From an uncultured Thermoplasmata archaeon (GTDB lineage: Archaea; Thermoplasmatota; Thermoplasmata; Halarchaeoplasmatales; Halarchaeoplasmataceae), in contig CAYWYD010000003.1 in assembly GCA_964462425.1 (NCBI GenBank), forward strand, positions 5,918 to 69,917: a stretch of DNA of 64,000 nucleotides, written 5' to 3'. The position numbers were made by a program, and so were the translations under genes. The first letter of the stretch is position 1. Every line of letters begins with the position of its first letter. Positions 56,632-64,000 of this stretch are shown here, piece by piece. Under the pieces are notes generated by a model that did not search any database, had not been told where the DNA came from, and worked only from the letters and a program-made list of their open reading frames with translations.

Positions 56632-57453
56632 ATGATAAAACTGATAGCTGTCGATCTCGACGGAACCTTGGTCCACGAGCATGAGATCGCCGAAGAAGAT
56701 AGAGAAGCGCTCTTAAGGGTACTTGACAAAAATATCCCTCTTGTCCCGACAACCACACGACTGAGGATCTCGACAGCCCGCTTCTTTGACGGAATACTTA
56801 TCGATAGGTATCCCTTGATCTGCAATAACGGCGCGAGGATTTTGGGGGCCGGATGGTCCGACCCTTCTGGTTGTTCCGTGTGGAAAGAACTGAGGATTAA
56901 GGCGAAGATAGCGGAAAAAGTGGCTTCGTATGCCGACAAGAAGGACTACGAACTCTCGACCGTCTTCCCGGAAAAAGTTTATAGGAGGAATCATAGGCCA
57001 AAAAAATCCGAAGACCGAAAGATCGGATTCGTGCAGAAAAACATGGAAGCCCTTAAACACGGCACCCCTATAAACTTCATGATCCACAAGGTCGCGAACG
57101 ATCTTGAAACGCTGGTCGATCTGGAAAAATTCGTCTCAGAAAATTTCAGAGAAGATCTGAGGTTGGACAGGCACCATAGAGGAGAAGAATACCGTTCGCT
57201 GACTATCTATGATAAGGGGGTATCAAAACTCAAAGCTTTAAGATCGGTCTGCGATAGATTCGACGTCGGACTGGACGAAGTACTGGCTATAGGTGACGAC
57301 GAGGTGGACAAAAAGATGATCGAAGAAGCCGGGATAGGAGTAGCGATGGATAACTCACCAGAGAACATAAAAGAAGCGGCAGACGAGATAGCACCGAACT
57401 GTGAGAAAAACGGCGTAGCGTGGGTGTTAAATGAGTATTTACCCGAAATTTGA
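56632..57453 (+). CDS. HAD-superfamily Cof-type (IIB) phosphatase
   Basis: Motif I is AVDLDGTLV. The C-terminal motif is IGDDEVDKKMIEEAGIGVAMDNS. Confidence 0.8.
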   Translation: MIKLIAVDLDGTLVHEHEIAEEDREALLRVLDKNIPLVPTTTRLRISTARFFDGILIDRYPLICNNGARILGAGWSDPSGCSVWKELRIKAKIAEKVASYADKKDYELSTVFPEKVYRRNHRPKKSEDRKIGFVQKNMEALKHGTPINFMIHKVANDLETLVDLEKFVSENFREDLRLDRHHRGEEYRSLTIYDKGVSKLKALRSVCDRFDVGLDEVLAIGDDEVDKKMIEEAGIGVAMDNSPENIKEAADEIAPNCEKNGVAWVLNEYLPEI

Positions 57454-57504
57454 TACTCATCTCTGAGGAAAAGAATTATAATTAGGCAAATCACTAAACG
57501 GACC

Positions 57505-58458
57505 ATGAAATTGAAAGATATCTATGAGCTAGCTATCCAGATGGGAATCGAGAACGACGTGAGGAGTGAAGACGAACTGAATAAAAAACTTAAAGAAGCG
57601 AAAGAGGAGTACGAGGAGTTGGAGGGAAAGGATAAAGAAGTCTTCGACGAGCAGCGTCTTGAGAACCCCTTCCAGGATTCAAGGCTCCTTTACGGGGACC
57701 GCGATAAGGAGGTGGAGAGAGTATTAGTGGGTATCAATATCGATACCGGTGAAGTGTTACTGGGTGACCGATTGACGGAAAAAGGTAAAGAGATAGACCT
57801 GCTAATCGGTCATCATCCAAGAGGTGTCGGCCTATCTTCTCTACATGAAGTTATGGAACTTCAGAGAGATATGCTCGAGGAGTGGGGCGTTCCTATTAAC
57901 GTTGCGGAAGGACTGATCAAAGAAAGGATGAAAGAGGTCGAAAGAAAAGTCCAAGGCGCCAACTACAATCAGAGTCTAGATGCGGCTAAACTATTGGACA
58001 TGCCGATGATGTGCCTTCATACCATCACCGACAATCTGGTCGAGTCATTTTTGACCGACGGGGTAGAGGACGAAGACTTCCACAAGGTGGAAGACGTCAT
58101 CGAGTTCCTCAATGAGATCCCTGAGTTCCACGAAGCGCGGAAGTTTAACGCCGGGCCTGATATGCTGGTGGGCAGCGAGGACAACCGGGCTGGAAAAGTC
58201 GTCGTAGAGATGACCGGCGGGACCGAAGGGAACAAAGAGTCATATGAAAAGATGGCCGAAGCGGGAGTCGGCACGGTCATAGGCATGCATCTCACTGAAG
58301 ATCACAGGGAAAAAGTCGAAGAAAATCACATAAATTACATCATAGCCGGGCACATGGCGAGTGATTCCCTAGGCATGAACCTGTTCTTGGATGAGATCGA
58401 AAAGAAAGGTGTAGATATAGTCCCATGCAGCGGATTTATAAGACACTCTAGAAACTGA
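57505..58458 (+). CDS. Nif3/YqfO-like dinuclear-metal-centre protein (tentative)
   Basis: The N-terminus MKLKDIYELA... and the DLLIGHHPRG motif fit this family. There is a C-terminal conserved His region. Confidence 0.4.
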   Translation: MKLKDIYELAIQMGIENDVRSEDELNKKLKEAKEEYEELEGKDKEVFDEQRLENPFQDSRLLYGDRDKEVERVLVGINIDTGEVLLGDRLTEKGKEIDLLIGHHPRGVGLSSLHEVMELQRDMLEEWGVPINVAEGLIKERMKEVERKVQGANYNQSLDAAKLLDMPMMCLHTITDNLVESFLTDGVEDEDFHKVEDVIEFLNEIPEFHEARKFNAGPDMLVGSEDNRAGKVVVEMTGGTEGNKESYEKMAEAGVGTVIGMHLTEDHREKVEENHINYIIAGHMASDSLGMNLFLDEIEKKGVDIVPCSGFIRHSRN

Positions 58459-58464
58459 GTTTAA

Positions 58465-59193
58465 ATGATCGAGATTAAAGGTCTGAGAAAAAAATACGGT
58501 GAGATCGAGGCCGTTAAAGATGTAGATTTTTCTGTAGATAGCGGCGAGGTCTTCTGTCTGTTGGGGTCCAACGGAGCCGGGAAAACCACCATAATAAAGA
58601 TACTTCTAGGTTTATTAGATCCAACGGACGGTACCGCTCTGATAGATGGAAAAGAAGTAAAAGACAAAGTCAGTTTGAAGAAAAACTTCGGCTATATGCC
58701 GGAGCAGCCTCATCTCCATGAGCGTTTGACCGGCTACGAGTTCCTAGACATCATGGGATCTTTAAAAGGGATGAACGGAGAAAGTTTAAAAAAGAGTATA
58801 AAAAAGTATTCGAAAGATCTAGAACTGGATGAAAGAATAAATATGGAGATGGGAGCTTATTCAAAAGGGATGAAACAGAAAGTCCTTTTCGTGAATTCCA
58901 TCCTCCACGATCCTCCTAATCTTATACTCGACGAACCTACGGTCGGTCTGGACCCACGATACAGCCAGTACATGAAAAAGAAGATAAACGAATTCTCTAA
59001 AGAAGGCAAAAACATCCTGATGACCACTCATATTACTACTGTCGCGGAAGAGGTCGCCGACGTCGTAGGGATAATAGATAAAGGATCTCTTTTGATAAAG
59101 GGTAGTCAGGAAGAACTGAAAGAGTCTACGGGAACGAAAAGTCTGGAGCGTGCCTTCATCGAAGTGATAAAGGATGAAAGGAAGAGCGCTTAA
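58465..59193 (+). CDS. ABC transporter ATP-binding protein
   Basis: Walker A is GSNGAGKTT. The signature/Walker B region is ...SKGMKQKV...LILDEPTVGLDP. Confidence 0.9.
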   Translation: MIEIKGLRKKYGEIEAVKDVDFSVDSGEVFCLLGSNGAGKTTIIKILLGLLDPTDGTALIDGKEVKDKVSLKKNFGYMPEQPHLHERLTGYEFLDIMGSLKGMNGESLKKSIKKYSKDLELDERINMEMGAYSKGMKQKVLFVNSILHDPPNLILDEPTVGLDPRYSQYMKKKINEFSKEGKNILMTTHITTVAEEVADVVGIIDKGSLLIKGSQEELKESTGTKSLERAFIEVIKDERKSA

Positions 59194-60652
59194 TCTTTTT
59201 TCTATAGAGGTCAAAGGTTCATACAGGTCCTTCAAGGAAAGAACTACAGAACATCCTTTCATGACGTCCTGGTTCGTGATCCTCCTGATCGTCGGTTTTT
59301 GGACCCTATTAATGATCGTGGAATTTGCAAAAAATATAGAAGATCCTTTGATCACTTTGACCGAAGCCGACGTTCTCTTCGCGGTCTTTTTCATAATCAT
59401 GGCGAAATCTTCCGTGGAAACTCTCGAGAACACTCTCAGGAATAAGGAATTGAAATATTACTTCTCTTCAGCCATTCCAATAAGAAAAGTTCAGATCTCT
59501 CGACTATTGAAAGTCTTCTGGTACAATCTCATCCTCGTTGCTATTTCGCTCGGCGTAGTTTCGGTCCTTATACCGATATTCGGTTTCAGTCCCCCCGTGA
59601 ACAACTCCTTCTTTTACCGCCTCTATCTTATTTGTCTGATAGCTCCGATGATCGGTTTCAACCTGGGAACCTTCATGCAGGTGAAGGGCTTGGGAAAGAG
59701 GGTTGTCCTACTTTTGCTCTACGGTCAGAATATCTCTTTGATCTGGCTTTCTCTTCAGTCCAGCATCGCACCGAAAATGATCTTTTTCTATCTCTCCTTA
59801 CTGGGTGTGTTTTCGCTGCTGGTCTTCTTATCTTCGGCGGGAACGTTTTGGGATGCCTGGAAACACGGAACGACGACCTCGACGGATAGATCGCTGCGAT
59901 TTCACGATTCGGGAGACTTTCTTCCCAAATTTATACCTTCCTCGACAAGGAGGGTTGCGGAAAAGGAGATCATGGCTAGATGGCGCAGGAGAGAGAGCCC
60001 TGCGACCATGGGTGTGACCGTTATGCTCGGCGCTGGACTGATATTTTTTTATACAAGATTCGGACCCACTCCAAACCTCGGGCTAGGGCTCGGCAAGTAC
60101 ATGTACCCTTTATTGATCGGACTTGGCCTTTATATCGCGGTGATCCTGCAGATAGTTTTCCCGTCGCTGTCGCTCGTTGGAAAAGAAGGGAAGGCATTTT
60201 GGGTTTTAAGATCTCTCCCGGTCAAGGGAGATGAGATAATCTGGGGTAAGATCTTTGCGATCTTGGCGTACAGCCCAATCATAGTGGCATCGATAGCTCT
60301 ACCCCTCCCACTGCTACTTTCTTACCCTTTGAGCATGATACTTTTTTCGATCATCTCCTCCATACTGGTCATATTTCTGCTGAGCGGCGTCGGGATCTGG
60401 GCCGCGGCTAAATTCCCGAATTTCGATGAGAGCGTTAACGGCGCTCCCGACGTCACGACGATGTACACCGTGATGATAACCTGCATGATCCTTTTGGGTC
60501 TCTTCCTTAGTATCCCCGCTTTTATTTTCAGAATAGATCGAGTATTGGGTCTTTTAGCGTTGATATTCATGGCCGATATGAGCGCCTTATTTCTTCTTTT
60601 ATTGGGAAAAAGAGCCGGGAAAATTTACGAGAAAATCCAGATGGACTTCTGA
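59174..60652 (+). CDS. ABC-2-type transporter permease (putative partner of the upstream ATPase)
   Basis: 492 aa with about 12 TM segments. It overlaps the ATPase gene by 20 bp. Confidence 0.5.
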   Translation: MKGRALNLFSIEVKGSYRSFKERTTEHPFMTSWFVILLIVGFWTLLMIVEFAKNIEDPLITLTEADVLFAVFFIIMAKSSVETLENTLRNKELKYYFSSAIPIRKVQISRLLKVFWYNLILVAISLGVVSVLIPIFGFSPPVNNSFFYRLYLICLIAPMIGFNLGTFMQVKGLGKRVVLLLLYGQNISLIWLSLQSSIAPKMIFFYLSLLGVFSLLVFLSSAGTFWDAWKHGTTTSTDRSLRFHDSGDFLPKFIPSSTRRVAEKEIMARWRRRESPATMGVTVMLGAGLIFFYTRFGPTPNLGLGLGKYMYPLLIGLGLYIAVILQIVFPSLSLVGKEGKAFWVLRSLPVKGDEIIWGKIFAILAYSPIIVASIALPLPLLLSYPLSMILFSIISSILVIFLLSGVGIWAAAKFPNFDESVNGAPDVTTMYTVMITCMILLGLFLSIPAFIFRIDRVLGLLALIFMADMSALFLLLLGKRAGKIYEKIQMDF

Positions 60653-60703
60653 TTTCAAATCCCATTCCAAAATTGTTTATATCCTCCTGAGAATACTATA
60701 TCT

Positions 60704-61258
60704 ATGAGGATATTATTGGTCATATCCGGCGCTTCCGGCGTGATATACGGAAAAAGATTGTTGGAAGTGCTCAGTGAAAGGGAAGACGTTCTGGTGGAAC
60801 TCGTGATTTCTGAAGCCGGGAAGGAATTGATCGATACTGAATTGGATGTTAGCTGTGATAAAATAATCGACAAGGCCGACGAGGTTCACCAGCCGAGCGA
60901 TCTAAAGGCTCCACCCTCTTCCGGAAGTTCAAAGTACGACGGGATGGCGATCGTTCCCTGCTCCATGTCATCTCTTTCCAAGATAGCGACCGGGGTATCG
61001 GACAACCTGATCACGAGAGCTGCGGCGGTTTTCATCAAGGAAGATAGAAAAGTAGTATTAACGCCGAGAGAGACGCCTCTCACAACGATCTGGCTTGAGA
61101 ACATGTACGAACTTTCTAAAGAGGGTGTAACTATCCTGCCCGCCATCCCCGCGTATTATGGCGATCCAGATAGTATAGACGATCTGGTAGATTTCGTGGT
61201 CGGAAAGATAATGGACTCTTTCGGTATAGAGAACTCGCTCTACAGACGCTGGGAATAG
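60704..61258 (+). CDS. ubiX: Flavin prenyltransferase UbiX/Pad1
   Basis: MRILLVISGASGVIYGKRLLEVL...MAIVPCSMSSLSKIATGVSDNLITRAA... Confidence 0.85.
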   Translation: MRILLVISGASGVIYGKRLLEVLSEREDVLVELVISEAGKELIDTELDVSCDKIIDKADEVHQPSDLKAPPSSGSSKYDGMAIVPCSMSSLSKIATGVSDNLITRAAAVFIKEDRKVVLTPRETPLTTIWLENMYELSKEGVTILPAIPAYYGDPDSIDDLVDFVVGKIMDSFGIENSLYRRWE

Positions 61259-61288
61259 AGCCAAAAAATACCCATTTGCGATCGAAAC

Positions 61289-61299
61289 TTTTATATATA
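61289..61299 (+). promoter_or_regulatory. Strong TATA-like element (TTTTATATATA) about 195 nt upstream of tfb
   Basis: This is the best TATA match in the tfb upstream region. A hairpin (attggagg...cctccaat, about 61371-61410) lies between it and the ATG. Confidence 0.3.
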
Positions 61300-61492
61300 A
61301 CATGCCATCAGTATTATATTTGGAAAGTGGTCAGTTTCCTGAACACGCGAGGAAATTATTAGCTTCCAGGGGGATTGGAGGGACATACCCGACAATCTAT
61401 ACCTCCAATTAGAAATACAGATAGAATGGCGATTCGGAAAATTCTACCTTATGACCGCTTTCCAATATTGATAGATGTGAGATAGGATAATC

Positions 61493-62446
61493 ATGTGTGC
61501 GGAAGCAAAAACTAAATCAAATAACAAGCCCGAAATAGAGAAGGTCACCACCTGTCCAGAATGTGGTGGAAGTAATATATACCAGGATTATGATAGAGGC
61601 GAATTGATCTGCGAAGACTGCGGTCTGGTGATCGACGATCAATACATAGACCAAGGACCCGAATGGCGAGCATTCGACATGAAACAGGAAGAAAATAGAG
61701 CGAGAACCGGGCCTAAAATAAGTAGTCTGAGACACGACAAGGGTCTATCTACGGAAATAGATAGCGGGGGAAGAGATTCACAGGGAAGGGCCCTATCGAG
61801 CAGAAAGAAATCCCAGATGTACAGGCTGAGAAAATGGCAGAGAAGGTCTCGGGTCTCGGGTGCGAGAGAGAGTTCCTTGATATCCGCTCTTACCGAGATC
61901 AAAAAATTGACCTCGAAGATGGGGCTTCCCAAACATGTCACCGAGAGAGCCGCTTCTATTTATAGAGACGTTATAGAGAAAAATCTGGTAAGGGGGAGAA
62001 GTATAAAAATAGTCTCCTGCTCCGTGGTTTATCTCGCCTGCAGGAAATTGGAGATTCCCAGGACTCTAGACGAATTCGCACGGGAAAGTGATTTCGATAG
62101 GAAAAATATCGGAAGGACCTATAGATTCCTCAAGCGGGAACTCAATATGAAATTAAAGCCGACTAAACCTCAGAAATACATCCAGAAATTCTGTAACGAA
62201 CTCAGTCTAGGGGGGAGAGTCAAGAGGACTGCTACGGAGATAATAGATCGGGCGGAAGAGAAAGGAATGATCTCCGGAAAGGGACCTACTGGCTTAGCTG
62301 CCGCCGCGATCTACATAGCCAGTATAAAGGAAGATGATAAAAGGACCCAGGTTGAGATCGCTGAGATAGCCGACGTGACCGAAGTTACGGTCAGAAACCG
62401 GTACAAAGAGATAGTCGATAAGTTGGGTATAGAGATAGAGGTCTGA
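61493..62446 (+). CDS. tfb: Transcription initiation factor IIB (TFB)
   Basis: The N-terminal zinc ribbon is CPECGGSNIYQDYDRGELICEDCGLV. A B-reader region and two cyclin-fold repeats follow. Confidence 0.92.
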   Translation: MCAEAKTKSNNKPEIEKVTTCPECGGSNIYQDYDRGELICEDCGLVIDDQYIDQGPEWRAFDMKQEENRARTGPKISSLRHDKGLSTEIDSGGRDSQGRALSSRKKSQMYRLRKWQRRSRVSGARESSLISALTEIKKLTSKMGLPKHVTERAASIYRDVIEKNLVRGRSIKIVSCSVVYLACRKLEIPRTLDEFARESDFDRKNIGRTYRFLKRELNMKLKPTKPQKYIQKFCNELSLGGRVKRTATEIIDRAEEKGMISGKGPTGLAAAAIYIASIKEDDKRTQVEIAEIADVTEVTVRNRYKEIVDKLGIEIEV

Positions 62447-62485
62447 AAACAGTTTGAAAAAACCCTGACTGAAGTTCCGGCTTAT

Positions 62486-63940
62486 TTACACTAGTATCTG
62501 GATGAGGTAGGTATCCAATCCGGTGAAAAACAGTATGACCGGCAGGATTATACATCCCATAAGGTGAACTCTTCTGACACCATACAAGGGTGGGATCACA
62601 CCGATAGCAGTCGATATCACTGCTATTACCAATCCCATCGGACCGGAAAGGGCCAGTATCAAGATTATCAAGAAAACGATGATACCTTTCGAGAGTTTAC
62701 CGTATTCGACTTTTTGGTGAACGCCGGCGAAGCTCTTCCCGAGGGACAGGGTCAAAAGATAAGCTACCGCCGCTGAGAGGACCACGGCGAAAAGTAGAAG
62801 TAAAAACAGGCCGGGAACATTCATAATACTACTCCATTCCTGGATATTATCCTCGTTCAACCGCAGAACGGCCTGCATAGCCCCGCTTCTAGCCCGAAGT
62901 ATGATGAACAACGCTACTAGGGTGAAGATAGCGCATGAAGTGTCTACGGCCGAAACAGCGGTTATGAATTCGCGGGAACTTTTTTCCTGACTCTGATCAT
63001 TGGGAGTGAACATACCCGTCACCGTGGTCGCAGCCGCTGCAGTTACACCGGGCAGCCACCCTACAAGGCCTCCGGATAAAGTTCCAGTGACGACACCTCT
63101 GACTTTACTCTTCTTTCCCAATCTGATGTTCACGTCTTCTATCTTCTGATCGGGAACATCAGGATTGTCCATCAAACTTATCAGGAGGTTAGAGATACCG
63201 AACAAGCCCGTGAACATCGGAAACAGCATCACTGAGGTGGTGGGAATGCCTTCCTGTTCTACGAAGGTTACATTTTGAGAATACATGCCTGTCGGAGATA
63301 GAACGACAAAGCCCAATAGACCGCTCAGCAGAAATAGTCCTCCAGCTACCAGTTTAGGTTTGTAGTCCAAAAGACTTCTTCCCTCCTGAAAAGATAAAAC
63401 GAAGACTACGATGAAAAGGATGATCGGTATAAACGGGACCAATTTATCGTAAAGATTCACAGGATCGCCCATCACGAGTCGAGCCGGAAGTATCAATAAG
63501 AGTGCTATGAAGGTAGCGGCAAAACTTCCCAAAGCACTAGCTTTGATCGCTTCGTAACCTCGTCCTTCTAGAAGCATGCGATGAGCCGGGAGCACGGAGA
63601 GAGCGGTTTCACCTTCAGGTGCCCCAAAATAAGTAGCGGGTATAAAATTCAAGAACGTATGAGTGATCAGGCATCCTATTACCAGCATTGAGATCAAAAG
63701 CAATAATTCAGAGGTCGTGGGAGCGAAACCGGAGAGCAAACTTGAAACAAAAATACTGATCGCCCCTAAAGAACTGATTATCAAAAACGAGACAGTGTTA
63801 ACATGGATTCCCGGTATCAAACCAGTAACTATGCCCAAACAGATACCGAAGAAAGTGAAAAGGACGGCGAGAATCAGGAGGGAAAAAGGCGTCATGTGAC
63901 TCCTTGCCAAAAGCGCACTTTTAATGTAGATTCCTCTCAA
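62486..63940 (-). CDS. TctA-family (DUF112) tripartite tricarboxylate transporter large permease
   Basis: GLIPGIH...FGAPEGETALSVLPAHRML...GRGYEAIKASALGSFAATFIALLLI matches the TctA consensus. The true start may be Met16 at 63895. Confidence 0.55.
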   Translation of the reverse strand: MRGIYIKSALLARSHMTPFSLLILAVLFTFFGICLGIVTGLIPGIHVNTVSFLIISSLGAISIFVSSLLSGFAPTTSELLLLISMLVIGCLITHTFLNFIPATYFGAPEGETALSVLPAHRMLLEGRGYEAIKASALGSFAATFIALLLILPARLVMGDPVNLYDKLVPFIPIILFIVVFVLSFQEGRSLLDYKPKLVAGGLFLLSGLLGFVVLSPTGMYSQNVTFVEQEGIPTTSVMLFPMFTGLFGISNLLISLMDNPDVPDQKIEDVNIRLGKKSKVRGVVTGTLSGGLVGWLPGVTAAAATTVTGMFTPNDQSQEKSSREFITAVSAVDTSCAIFTLVALFIILRARSGAMQAVLRLNEDNIQEWSSIMNVPGLFLLLLFAVVLSAAVAYLLTLSLGKSFAGVHQKVEYGKLSKGIIVFLIILILALSGPMGLVIAVISTAIGVIPPLYGVRRVHLMGCIILPVILFFTGLDTYLIQILV

Positions 63941-64000
63941 ATCCGGCCTATTCCCATTCGATCGTACCCGGCGGTTTGTTCGTGACGTCGTAAACCACTC

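Noticed and set aside
1-64000. CRISPR arrays, rRNA genes and tRNA genes
   Set aside because: No regularly spaced direct repeats exist outside coding tandem repeats. No cloverleaf-compatible segments were found in the intergenic regions I inspected. No rRNA-like conserved stretches were seen.

Overview
This is archaeal chromosomal DNA with host GC near 48-50%. It carries archaea-specific housekeeping genes: TFB, aIF-1A, RpoK, uS2, aCPSF1/FttA, proteasome beta subunit, Cdc48/VAT, TiaS, Tsr3, Trm112 and KsgA. It also carries a complete A1AO (archaeal-type) ATP synthase operon in the order atpH-I-K-E-C-F-A-B. The Cdc48/VAT-like N-domain and an intein inside atpA fit a Thermoplasmatota-like euryarchaeon, but that assignment cannot be made from this sequence alone. 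The most unusual feature is atpK, the ATP synthase proteolipid gene. It is one 805-aa ORF made of an N-terminal TM segment, a roughly 300-aa acidic domain that is internally duplicated, and six covalently fused c-subunit hairpins. The first hairpin has lost its ion-binding carboxylate. atpA carries a 525-aa LAGLIDADG intein in the P-loop, and no atpD follows atpB. The first 3.3 kb is an AT-rich island of about 35% GC. It encodes a gamma-class N6-adenine DNA methyltransferase convergent with a lysine-rich PD-(D/E)XK candidate restriction endonuclease, plus a divergent wHTH regulator. Next to the island lies what looks like the orphaned C-terminal fragment of an M29 aminopeptidase gene. There is also a small membrane ORF whose frame continues through an in-frame TAG into a zinc-ribbon coding segment. 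Other content includes a 2079-aa surface protein combining an S8 subtilase, a parallel beta-helix and FN3-like repeats, and a PQQ-type beta-propeller/FN3 surface protein. There is a REC-PAS-PadR response regulator divergent from a CDF metal exporter. Further genes encode a bacterial-type cold-shock protein, an OsmC/DUF302/MBL stress cluster, an ABC-2 exporter pair, UbiX, a TctA-family transporter, and many unassigned membrane proteins. No rRNA or tRNA genes and no CRISPR arrays were found. All calls rest on motif reading by eye. No database search was run.
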